DNA of 60,649 bases, the filler included. It is 7 parts of 7 records of this genome, joined end to end, with 100 filler letters (N's around TTAATTAATTAA, not from the genome) between each part and the next. Parts side by side here need not be neighbours in the genome. Positions count along the whole stretch, not along the records: positions 5,246 to 16,185 come from DRR723986_17073; positions 16,286 to 26,051 come from DRR723986_17092; 5 more parts are not named here. One strand, written 5' to 3'. The notes under the pieces were generated by a model. The model saw only the letters and a list, made by a program, of their open reading frames with translations, searched no databases and was not told where the DNA came from. Shown here piece by piece: positions 8,201 through 18,960 of this stretch. Within the stretch, counting starts at the first letter, position 1; each line of letters opens with the position of its first letter. The translations under genes and the position numbers were made by a program.

Positions 8201-11200
8201 CGCGTCGGCGACCGCGGCGGCGGCGGGCGAGGCCGAGCAGAACATCCTCGGCGGCGGCGACGACCAGGGCGCGGGCTTTGGCGTCACCATCCTGCCCGCC
8301 CAGCTGGACGGCTCCAGCAGCCAGTGGACGCTGGGGTCGACGGCCGTGGGCGCGGGCGAGCTGGGCTTTGGCAGCGTCACCGGCTTTGACGCGTACGGCA
8401 ACGCCCAGGTGGAGGGCGGCGACCTGTTCGTCGTCACCGCCGTGTGCGTCAGCGGGTGCGCCGGCGACGACAAGGGCAACAAGGACGGCCACCACGACCT
8501 GGGCTTCCAGTTTGTCGCGCAAGAGGACGAGGACGACGGCCAGTACCTGCTGGGCTTCGAGTTCACGCAGGCCGGCCGCTTCCAGGTGTGCGCGTCGGTG
8601 GTGGGCAAGCGCGGCGACGGGGCCGAGTACGACGAGGCGGTGGGCGAGTGCGTGGAGATCTTTGTGCTGCCCGGCCCCGCGCACGCCGACAACTGCTTGG
8701 TGGCCCTGCCCAGCGCCTCGCTGCGCGCGGGCTCGGCCGGCAGCGTGGAGGTGACGGCGTACGACCGCTACGGCAACCTGCGCGTGGCGCCCGAGGGCTA
8801 CGAGGGCGACGCCTTTGACCGCACCAGCGAGAACTTTATCGTGTTTGTGCGCGACACGGTCGGCTACTTTGGCTACACCACCGAGTCGCAGGCGCGCGAG
8901 GGCGCCACGTACGCGCTGCAGTTCACGCCGTACGGCGCGTCGCCCGCGTACTCTGTGGACGTGTACCTGGGCGGCGACCGCGTGCCCGGGGCGTGGACCG
9001 TGGAGGTGCTGCCCGCCGTGCTGTCCGCCGCCAACTCGCGCGTGGTGTCCCCCGACGGGTACCAGGCCGTGGCCGGCGAGCCGTTTGCGGTGCACCTGGT
9101 GCCGTACGACGCCTACAACAACCGCATCGCCGCCGCCGAGGGCGACCTGGCCGCCGACGGCGCCACCCCCGTGGTCGACCTCGTGGGCCTGCGCGTGGCC
9201 ACGGCGTTCGAGAGCGGCGACGCGCCGTACGTGCCCCTGACGCCCGTGGTCTCGCTGGGCAGCGCGGACGACGCCGACTACGTCGTCACGTTCGCCCAGC
9301 CCATCGCCGGCGTGTACATTTTGCAGTGCACGTACGACGACGCCGAGGTGCTGGGCAGCCCCGTGGCGCTGGCCGTGGCCCCCGCCGCCGCCTCGGCCGA
9401 CAACTCGTACGTCGTCAGCGACGAGCTGCGCGTGGGCACCGTCAGCGACGCCGCCGGCGGCGAGGTGTACAGCGTCAACGGCACGCTGACGTTCAGCGTG
9501 CAGGCCGTGGACCGCTTCGGCAACCTGCTGACCCAGGCCGGGCCCTCCACCCTGTTTGGCGCCACCGTCTCCGCCGACGGCACGTCTTCTTCTTCGTCGT
9601 CGTGGTTTGCGGCCGCGGACGCCGGCAAGGGCCTGTTCTCGATCGAGGTGGCGCTGGGCACGGTGGCCGGCGACGTGGTGGTCAGCGTGCAGCTGCAGCC
9701 CGAGCCCTCGGCGCAGGCGTCCGGCGTCGCCAACTCGCTGGTGCACGAGGAGACCGTGGCCGTGGCGCCCGGCGAGGTGAACGCCGCCCAGTCGGTGCTC
9801 TCGTGCCCCCTGCAGGAGGTCACGGCGGGCGACGCGTTCGCGGCCGCCATCGCGGCCAAGGACTCGTGGGGCAACAGCCTGCAGGAGGGCGGCGAGCCCT
9901 TTGTGTGCACCAGCTCGCGCGACGCGGTGATGGGCGTTGTGGCGGACAACGCCGACGGCACGTACGACGTGGCCTACTCGTTCACCGTCGCCGGCGCCGC
10001 GTCGGTGGCGTGCTCGCTGGGCGAGGCGGGCGAGGCGGGCGAGGTGGGGACGTGCGCGCTGACGGTGGTGCCCAGCGTGCCGTCGGCCGCCAACTCGCTC
10101 GTGCGCGGCGACCCCGCCGAGCTGCTGGCCGGCGAGTCGCAGGTGCGCGAGATCGAGGCCCGCGACCGCTTCGACAACGTCGTGTCCACCGCCGTGCCCG
10201 GCTTCTCCTTTATGGTGGACCTGCTGCGCACCGTGGTCGCGCCCAGCAGCACCAACGGCGGTGGCGTGACCACCACGCAGGAGCTCGCCAGCAAGGCGCG
10301 CGCAATGTTCAACCCCGCCACGGGCTTCTACGAGTTCAGCGTGGGCAACACGGTGGCGGCGCAGTACACGGCGGTGGGGCAGCTCAACGGGGCGACCATC
10401 GGCACGCAGCTGTCGGTGCGGGTGTTCCCGGCGGCCCTGTCCCCGGCCATGTCGGTGGCGTCCGACTGGGACTTTGGCACGTACGCGTGGGCCGCGCTGG
10501 GCCGCACCTTCAGCCTCCTGCTGCGCGACGCGTACGGCAACGTGCTGCTGGGCGACGCCGGCCTGGACGCCTACGCCCTGCAGCTGCAGGTGGAGGTGGA
10601 CGGCGCCGCGCGCGAGAGCGAGCACGGCACGTTCCTGGACTTCCGCAACGGCACCGTGCAGGCCAACATCAACACCACGGTCTCGGGCCACTACTCGGTG
10701 CGCGTGCTGGCGCAGGGCCAGGAGCTCCAGAACTCGCCGCTGCAGTGGGAGACGGTCCCGCGCGCCCTGTTCTTCACGTTCACGCAGGCGCACTGGGAGC
10801 ACGTGTCGGCCACGCTGCAGGAGACGCAGCCGCTGCGCTTCAACCTCACGGCGTTCGACCAGTTCGGCAACGCCATCGGCACGCACATGGACTACACGCG
10901 CATGATCGACATCAAGGTGGACGGGCCGTTCGTGTCGGCGGCGGCCGCCGGCTCGGGCGCGCACGTGTGCCCGTCGGTGGGCGGCGGCTGCCCCGACCTC
11001 GTGGTGGACTACGACCACGACCCGTCGCTGAGCTTCGACATGGCCACGGGCGAGTACCTGCTGGGCTGGCACCCCGTGGTGGAGGGCGTGTACCGCACGT
11101 ACGTCACCGTGCTGGGCTACCCCGTGCAGGGCAGCCCGTACGACTTTGAGGTGCAGCCCTTCGTGTGCCCGGACCAGGGCGTGCGCTGCTCGGACGGCAC

Positions 11201-14200
11201 GTGCGCCGCCGCCTACGCCCAGTGCCCCGGCGCCGACGCCCACTGCACCGAGCCCGGCACCGTGCTGTGCGCCACCACGGGCGAGTGCGCCCCGGCCGCG
11301 CAGTGCCCGTGCGAGGAGGGCCACACGCGGTGCGCCCTCACCGGCGCCTGCGTCGCGTCGGCGTCCGAGTGCCCCGCGGCCGCGGCCCCGTGCGACTCGT
11401 CGTCGTCGTCGTCGTCGTCGTTGACCGTGCAGTGCTGGGACGGCACGTGCGCCGCCGCCGAGGCCGACTGCCCCGCCCGCCCCGTCTGCCCTCCCGGCCA
11501 CACGCTGTGCCCGGACATGGTGTCGTGCGTGGTGGACGCGGGCGCCTGCCCGCGGGCCTCGCACCCGGACGCCCTCGTGGCGTGCCCGTCGTCCGCGCCC
11601 GTGCGCTGCGCCGACCTGACGTGCGCCGTGTCGCTGCGCGGCTGCCCGACCCTGACCTCGTGCCCCGACGGCGGGCTCGTGTGCCCGGACGGAAGCTGCG
11701 CGTCGACGCAGAGCGAGTGCGCCGTGCCGTCGCTGTGCGAGGGCGCGCTTTCCGTGCGCTGCCCCGACGGGTCGTGCCGCGCGGCGCTGGCCGACTGCCC
11801 CACCCAGCTGTCGTGCCCGCCCGCCCTGCCCGTGCGCTGCGCGGACCTGGCGTGCGTCGCGTCCGTGTCCGAGTGCGCCTCGGCTCCTGCGGCGACGGCG
11901 GCGGCGGCGACGGCGTTCGAGGCGTGCGGCTCGGCGGACATGTTCCGCTGCCCCGACGGGTCGTGCGCGCGCAACGTGCTGTTCTGCGCGACGCGCACCA
12001 CGTGCCCCGCGTCGTCGCCGGTGCTGTGCCCCGACGGGTCGTGCCGGGCCAACGCGCTGGAGTGCATGGCGGGCGTGACGCTGTCGGCGTCGGGCGCGCT
12101 GACCACCCAGTGCCCGGCCGGCTACACGCGGTGCCCGGGCGGCGCGTGCGTCGCGGCGTCCGAGGACGGCACGGTGGCGTGCCCGTCCGGGGTGGTGTGC
12201 CCGGCGACGCACCCCGTCAAGTGCCCCGACAACCAGTGCGTGGCCAGCGCGGACAAGTGCGCGGCCACCCCCAAGTGCCCGGCCGCGGCGCCGCTGCGCT
12301 GCCGCGACGGCACGTGCGTGAGCTCGCTGGACGCGTGCCCGACCACCATCACCTGCCCCGCGGAGGCGCCCGTGCTGTGCCCGGACCTCGTGTGCCAGCC
12401 CCTGGCGTCGATGTGCGCGGACCCGGACGCCAACGCCTGCGCGGACGGGCTGGCGCGCTGCCCGGGCGGCGAGTGCGTGTCGGCGCTCGCGCTGTGCCCG
12501 CAGGCCATCACGTGCCCGGCCGGCACCGTGCGGTGCTGGGACAAGAGCTGCGCGGCGTCGCTGGCCGTGTGCCCCGTGCGCGAGGTGTCGGTGCCGTGCC
12601 CCGCGAACGTGCCGGTGCGGTGTGCCGACAGCAGCTGCCGCGAGCGCCACGAGGACTGCCCCACGGCCAACCTGTGCCCCGCCGAGCTGCCCGTCAAGTG
12701 CCACGACCGCACGTGCGCGGCCACGGTGGAGCAGTGCCCGCAGTGGGACGCCGAGTCGTCGGTGTGCACGTCGGGCTTCAGCATGTGCCCCAGCGGCCTG
12801 TGCTCGCTGTCCGAGTGCGGCACGCCCGTGACGTGCCCGGCGACCACGCCCTTCAAGTGCCTGGACGAGACGTGCCGCGCCCACCCCGACGACTGCCCGC
12901 CGCAGCCCGTGTGCCCGCCGCAGCTGCCGTTCCTGTGCACCAACGGCCTGTGCGCGCCGTCGCGCATGGCCTGCCGCCGCATCGAGGGCTGCGCCGAGCC
13001 GTCCACGCCCGTCAAGTGCCCCAGCGGCGAGTGCGTGGCCCACGCCGAGCAGTGCTCGGCCGCGGCCAACCCGCCCGGCATGTGCCCGCCCGAGAACCCC
13101 GTGCGCTGCCACGACGGCAACTGCGCCCACGAGCGCTGGCGGTGCGCCCAGTTCCTGTGCCCGGCCGGCTACCACCGCTGCTCGGACGGCTCGTGCGTCG
13201 CGTTCGAGGGCGACTGCGAGCTCCCCGACGAGTGCCCCTACGACGACACGCGCATCACCTGCCACGACGGCTCGTGCGGCGTGGACAACCCCTACTCGAC
13301 GCGCGCGTGCCTGCCCAGCATCAACCTGTGCCCGGCGTCCATGCCCGAGCTGTGCGCCAACGGCAAGTGCGTGGGCGCGCCGCAGGACTGCCCGGACCTG
13401 GACACGGGCTGCCTCGAGTACGAGTCCAAGTGCTTTGACGGGTCGTGCGCCGCCGAGTGCCCCGACCCCTCCACCGACGACGAGTGCGTGGGCGCCAACG
13501 AGGAGCGGTGCGCCGACGGGTCGTGCCGTCGCCTGGGGTCGTGCTCGCTGCTGGCCAACGGCTGCGACGGGGACGTGCCCTACCGCTGCGCCAACGGCCG
13601 CTGCGTGGACAGCTGGGACGACTGCCCCCCCACCAGCTTCTGCCCCGAGATGGCCTACCCCTGCGAGGGCGACGTGTGCCTCGCCGCCGCCGTCAAGTGC
13701 CCCGACGGCACGTGCGCCGCCAGCCTGCTGCACTGCCCGCAGCCCACGTCGCTGACCGCCCCCGACTTTTGCCTCACCGCCACCCCCATCCGGTGCGCCG
13801 ACGGCACGTGCGTGGCCGCCGCCGACGAGTGCACGGCGCTGGCGACGTGCGGCCTGGTGGCGACCGACGCCGGCGGCGTGCGCTTCCAGGTGCGCTGCCC
13901 CGACGGCACGTGCCAGGACGACGCCATCAAGTGCCCCACCGCCAACACCTGCCCCTCGGAGTTCCCCGTGCGCTGCTTCAACGGCGCGTGCGCCGCCGAC
14001 GAGGGCGACTGCATGTGCACCGACGCCGACTACGAGTGCGTGGCCCTCCAGGAGGACGGGTCGGAGCGCGTGGGCCCCAACGGCTGCCGCCTGTCCGCCC
14101 CCTACCGCTGCCTGGACGGCTCGTGCATGGCCTCGGGCGACGAGTGCCCCTCGTCCGCCGGTGCCGGTGCCGGCCAGAAGAGCGCCGTGGCCCACGCCAA

Positions 14201-16185
14201 GCGCGCGTCGCTCAAGGCGCTGGTGACCAGCACGCACGCGGCCAACGGGTGCCCCGCGGCGCAGCCCAACAAGTGCTGGGACGGGTCGTGCGTGGCGGCC
14301 ACCCCGCAGTGCCCCTCCACCAACGGCTGCCCCGGCGCCCTGCCCTACCGCTGCGCCGACGGCCAGTGCATGCTGTCGCCCGCGGCGTGCTCGGCCTCCA
14401 CCGAGTGCGCCGTGGACGGCCACGTGCGGTGCGCCGTGGACGGGTCGTGCGCTGCCTCCAAGCTCGACTGCCCGGCCGCCAACAACTGCCCCCTGTCGTC
14501 GCCCGTGCGCTGCGCCAACGGCGAGTGCGTGCGCTCGGGCGCGGCGTGCGACCCCGTCAGCGCGTGCCCGGCCCAGTCCCCCCACCGCTGCGCGTCCGGC
14601 CTGTGCGCCGCGTCGCTCGCCCTGTGCCCGGGCCTGCAGGTGTGCTCCGACGGCATGGTCATGTGCCCGCAGGACATGGTGTGCCGCGAGAGCGAGGACG
14701 CGTGCGAGGCCGCCCTGGTGATGGGCAGCGGCGGCGCGGCCGCCTGCCCGTTGGTGGCCCCCCTGCGCTGCCCCACCGGCGAGTGCGTGCCCTCGGGCGC
14801 GGACTGCCCCATCGCCACGGCGTCGTGCCCCGACGGCGAGTTCCTGTGCGCGGACGGCGCGTGCGCCACCACCAGCGCCGAGTGCTGGCAGCGCCTGGGA
14901 CGCTGCGGCTCCGGCTCCGGCTCCGGCTCGGACTCGGACCCCAGCGCGTGCTCGTGCGCGGTGGAGGGCGAGGCGCTGTGCTTTGACGGCCGGTGCCAGG
15001 AGCAGTGCGACGACCCCTTGCCGGCGTGCGGCGGCGCCAAGCCCTTCCGGTGCGACGACATGTCGTGCGCTGCCGACGCCGCGGCGTGCGAGGGCCGCAC
15101 GGCCGAGTGGGTCCCCTCGTCGGCGACCTCGTTCCTCGGCTGCACGGTGGGCGAGCGCCTGTGCTCGGACGGCTGCCGCGTGGGCGACGACTGCGCGGAC
15201 GCGCCCGCGGGGTGCTCGCCCTCGCTGGCCTACACGCTCAAGCCCATGGCCATGGAGCTGACGGTCAACCCGCTGGAGACCGCGTCGACGCCGCTCAAGA
15301 CCAGCGGCGGGGCGTACGTGGGCGAGGTCAAGATCAGCCCCGGGTCGCTCGCGTCGTACGAGGACCCCACGCGCCCCTTGACCCTTCGCCTGGCCCACGT
15401 CGCCGACTCGGACGTCCGCGAGTCGCGCTACTCGACCGGCGACCCCGAGCCCACCGTGCTCGGCCTCCGCGACGTGGTGTCGTCGCCCGTGGTGTCGCTG
15501 CAGGTCGTGGACGCCGGCCAGTCGGGCTTCACCCAGGTGCTGCGCAGCCCCATCGTGGTCGACCTCGCCTTCCGCACCGTGTGCCACAACGTGCCGGAGG
15601 AGGAGGAGGACGGCGGCGACGCCAAGGAGGCCGCCGCCAAGGCGCACGACCCCGCCTCCACCGACACCGAGCTGTGCCTTGCCGTGTTGGACGAGGCCAC
15701 GGGCGAGTGGGAGTGCCGCTCGTCCAGCGTGGTGGAGCTGCGGTCGGGCGTGTACCGCACGCAGATCTCGCAGCTGTCGTCCGGCAGCAACAAGATGGCG
15801 GTTTTGCAGAAGCCCAAGGACAAGCAGGCAACCAACTCGGGGTCGGGCGGCACGGGCAGCTCGGGCGGCAGCGGCGACAGCACCCAGGTGGACGGCGGCG
15901 CCGTGTCCGGCGGCGTGCTGGCCAGCGCCTTTGTGCTGTTCGGCGGCGGGTACGCCGTGTGGCGCCTGCACCGCTACAAGGTCAAGTACAGGGCGTGGAA
16001 GGCCGAGAGGCGCGACCAGGAGGAGATGGTGGACATGGGCGACCAGCTCGAGGGCAAGGCCCAGCTGGTGGTCAACCCCATGTTCCTGGCCCAGCAGCAG
16101 ATCCTGCAGAAGCGCATTGCCGACGTCGAGGGCGAGATGCACCACCAACCTCACGACCACGGCGAGGGCGAGGGCGAGGGCGAGG
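5247..16185 (+). CDS. Giant single-pass surface protein: filamin-type Ig repeats, Cys-rich repeats, GPS-like domain, TM (partial at both ends; probably eukaryotic)
   Basis: No stop over the whole contig. Extreme G/C bias at third codon positions. About 17 D-x-[YF]-G-N repeats with DGTY motifs, then CP..P.RC.DG[ST]C repeats, then hydrophobic GGVLASAFVLFGGGYAVW followed by basic RLHRYKVKYR. Confidence 0.85.
11160..15225 (+). repeat. Coding tandem array of Cys-rich modules of about 25 aa
   Basis: Recurrent DNA motif tgccccgacgg(g/c)(t/a)cgtgc. Protein consensus is roughly CP-x2-3-P-[VY]-RC-x-DG-[ST]-C-x5-6-CP. Confidence 0.85.
16161..16185 (+). repeat. (GGCGAG)n hexamer repeat, (GE)n, at the contig end
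   Basis: ggcgagggcgagggcgagggcgagg. Confidence 0.85.
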
Positions 16186-16285
16186 NNNNNNNNNNNNNNN
16201 NNNNNNNNNNNNNNNNNNNNNNNNNNNNNTTAATTAATTAANNNNNNNNNNNNNNNNNNNNNNNNNNNNNNNNNNNNNNNNNNNN
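16186..16285. other. Artificial contig spacer
   Basis: N44-TTAATTAATTAA-N44. Confidence 0.99.
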
Positions 16286-17074
16286 CGAGATGAACCCCAC
16301 GGTGTCCGACAGGATCACCTCGGCGCCGGTGGGCAGCCGCACCGCGCGCATGGTCGGGTCGAGCGTCGCGAAGAGCATGTCCTTGGCCATGACCTCGGCG
16401 CCCGTCAGGCGATTGAACAGCGTGGATTTTCCGGCGTTTGTGTAGCCCACCAGCGCGACGATCGGATAGGGCACCTTGGCCCGCGCCTTGCGGTGCAATT
16501 CGCGCGTGCGGACGACCTTGTCCAACTGGCGGCGCAGGCGCACCATCTGCTCGTCGATGGCGCGACGGTCGGCCTCGATCTGGGTCTCGCCGGGGCCGCC
16601 GACGAAGCCAAGCCCGCCGCGCTGCCGTTCGAGGTGGGTCCATGCGCGGACCAGCCGCGTGCGCTGGTAGGACAGCGCCGCCATCTCGACCTGCAGCACA
16701 CCCTCGCGGGTGGCGGCGCGATCCGAGAAGATCTCGAGGATCAGCCCGGTGCGGTCCAGCAGCTTGACCTTCCACTCCTTCTCGAGGTTGCGCTGCTGCA
16801 CCGGAGAGACGGGACCGTCCACCAGCACCAGCTCCACCTCGGCGTCATGGAAGCGTTGTTTCAGTTCGGCGATCTTGCCCGTGCCGAAGAGCGCGCCCGC
16901 GTGGGGGCGCGGCAGGGGCACGACCTCGGATCCGGCAACCTCGAGCCCCGGCAGGGCATGGGCCAGCGACACGGCCTCTTCGAGGGCCATGCGCGCGTCC
17001 CGACGGTGCGGATCGCTTTTGATGTCCGGGTGCAGGACCCAGGCGCGGGTCACATGCGCAGCGTGTTCCTTCAC
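16286..17074 (-). CDS. hflX: GTPase HflX (3' truncated)
   Basis: [28 protein letters not shown]1 [22 protein letters not shown]. Lies directly after hfq. Confidence 0.96.
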
Positions 17075-17310
17075 GCGTCCCCTTCGCCGTCATACAGATT
17101 GATCGGCTGGCTGGGCATGATGGTCGAAATGGCGTGCTTGTAGACAAGCTGCGACTGACCGTCCCGGCGCAGCAGCACGCAGAAATTGTCGAACCAAGTG
17201 ATGACGCCCTGCAGCTTCACCCCGTTGATCAGAAAGACCGTTACCGGAACCTTCGTTTTGCGGACGTGATTGAGAAACGCGTCCTGAAGGTTCTGTCTGT
17301 CAGAAGCCAT
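17071..17310 (-). CDS. hfq: RNA chaperone Hfq
   Basis: [31 protein letters not shown]. Confidence 0.98.
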   Translation of the reverse strand: MASDRQNLQDAFLNHVRKTKVPVTVFLINGVKLQGVITWFDNFCVLLRRDGQSQLVYKHAISTIMPSQPINLYDGEGDA

Positions 17311-17448
17311 TGACTTGCCTTTGTTCTTGCCTCGCGCCCCAGCCTTGGGGCCCCCTCGTCGGAATGGAGTATGAAGCGCCCGGCGGGGAGTTTCCAGCCG
17401 AAAAAGCGCAATTCCGCGGCAAGGACCGGCGCTGTGACCGGGAAGCGG

Positions 17449-18960
17449 TCACTCGCGCCAGCTGTCGGGGGACAACATGACGATGACCGCCAGCAGTTCC
17501 AGCCGCCCCAGAACCATCGCGAGGCACATGATGAGCTTGGCGTCCCAGAGCCACGCGGCCATGTCGACGGGCTCTGCGGCGGCGAATTCCGCCAGCGGGC
17601 CGGTGTTCGACAGCGCGACGATGGCGGCCACCGTCGCCTCTTCGAAGGTCAGCCCGTAGCTGCCGAAGATCAGCGTCAGCGCGGCGATCATCACCGCGAA
17701 GAGCATGAAGACCACCCATGCGATGAAGGCGCCCTCGCGCCGGGTGCGGCGCCCCATCAGCCCCGCGCGCCCCACCGACGAGGGGTGGATCAGCTTTTCC
17801 ATCTCGCGCACGCCGTTGGCGTAGAGGGTGTAGACCCGCAAGAGCTTTACCCCGCCCGCCGTGGTCGCCACGCCGCCGCCGATGACGGCGAGGCCCATGA
17901 GGATGATCCCCGGCGTCGGCAGCCCCGACCACGCCCGCGCGGTGTCCCAGTCGCCCGACAGGAAGCCGGTGGTGGAGAGGAAGGACATCGCCGTGAAGAG
18001 CGCGCCCCAAAGCGCCCGGATGCCCGTCACCCAGTCCTGCTCCTGCCCGACGTCGAAGGCCCCCGCCCAGTGCCGCACGAACAGCGAGGCGGGAACGGCG
18101 CCCACCAGCAGGATGCCAAGGCGGAACTCGGGATCGTACCAGAGGCTCTGCCCGTTGCGGGTGTCCGAGGAAAAGGTCAGCCGCGAGAGCGCGAAGAACA
18201 GGAAGCAGAAGAGGATCATCTCTCCGGCAAGGCCGCTGGGCGCGGCCCCCAGCGAGGCCAGCGGCGTGATGCCGGAGGTCGAGAGCACCGCCATGGCATG
18301 GCTGATCGCCACCAGCGGCGGGTCGCCCGCCACCAGCAGCATGACCGCAAGCCCGAGCGTCAGGCCCGCGTAGATCGGAACCAGCACCTCTGTCGCGCGC
18401 CAGACGCGGCCGCCCGGCGTGCCCTGCGCGCCCCGGTTGGAGCCTTCGAGGATGGTCTGCCCCGGTTCTCCGCTGGCGGTGACCTCGAAACCGCCAAGCG
18501 CCAGCGGCGCAAGGATCGACGAGGCGGCGATCCACATGAGCAACCCGCCCATCCAGCCCACCTGCGCGCGCCACAGATGTTCCGGCCCCGACAGCCGCGC
18601 CGCGTCGAACAGCGTCGCGCCGGTGGTGGTCATGCATGAGACCATCTCGAAATAGGCGCTGACGAAGGTGGTGTTGCGCAGCGCCTCGTGGAAGGGGATC
18701 GCCATGAAGAGCGGCAGCACGAGGAAGCTGGCCGCCAGTTGCAGCAGCAGGCGCACGGCGGAGCGGTTGTGGTCGCGGTTCGCGAGGGCCAGCCCCAGCA
18801 GCGCCGTCAGGGTCAGCCCGAGGATCGCGCCGTAGAGAAAGCTGCGCGCGTCGTGATGTTCCTCGATCGCCAGCGCATAGGCGGCAGGAACCAGCATGGA
18901 GGCGAAGGCCAGCCCCATGATCGACAGGAAGAACGGCAGGCGCGAGAGGGTGCGCAGCAT
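17449..18960 (-). CDS. trkH: TrkH-family potassium uptake membrane protein
   Basis: Multi-TM protein with pore motifs TTTGAT, STSG, STTGF, SNTGP, plus TAGGVK and LGRLE. Adjacent to trkA. Confidence 0.9.
   Translation of the reverse strand: MLRTLSRLPFFLSIMGLAFASMLVPAAYALAIEEHHDARSFLYGAILGLTLTALLGLALANRDHNRSAVRLLLQLAASFLVLPLFMAIPFHEALRNTTFVSAYFEMVSCMTTTGATLFDAARLSGPEHLWRAQVGWMGGLLMWIAASSILAPLALGGFEVTASGEPGQTILEGSNRGAQGTPGGRVWRATEVLVPIYAGLTLGLAVMLLVAGDPPLVAISHAMAVLSTSGITPLASLGAAPSGLAGEMILFCFLFFALSRLTFSSDTRNGQSLWYDPEFRLGILLVGAVPASLFVRHWAGAFDVGQEQDWVTGIRALWGALFTAMSFLSTTGFLSGDWDTARAWSGLPTPGIILMGLAVIGGGVATTAGGVKLLRVYTLYANGVREMEKLIHPSSVGRAGLMGRRTRREGAFIAWVVFMLFAVMIAALTLIFGSYGLTFEEATVAAIVALSNTGPLAEFAAAEPVDMAAWLWDAKLIMCLAMVLGRLELLAVIVMLSPDSWRE

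Noticed and set aside
11160-15225. Periodic DNA repeats that might suggest a CRISPR-like array
   Set aside because: The repeats are degenerate, in frame and explained by the protein repeat. There is no constant repeat with unique spacers and no cas gene.
5190-16160. 3,656-aa antisense ORF mirroring the giant gene
   Set aside because: It is in exact codon register with the sense ORF, so it only needs the sense frame to avoid TTA, CTA and TCA, which follows from the extreme GC3 bias. The translation is A/R/G/V/H-rich with no motifs, and its stop comes from the artificial spacer.
8993-16237. Long Arg-rich alternative-frame ORFs (718, 757, 513 and 414 aa)
   Set aside because: Shadow frames of high-GC coding DNA, low in complexity and without recognisable domains.
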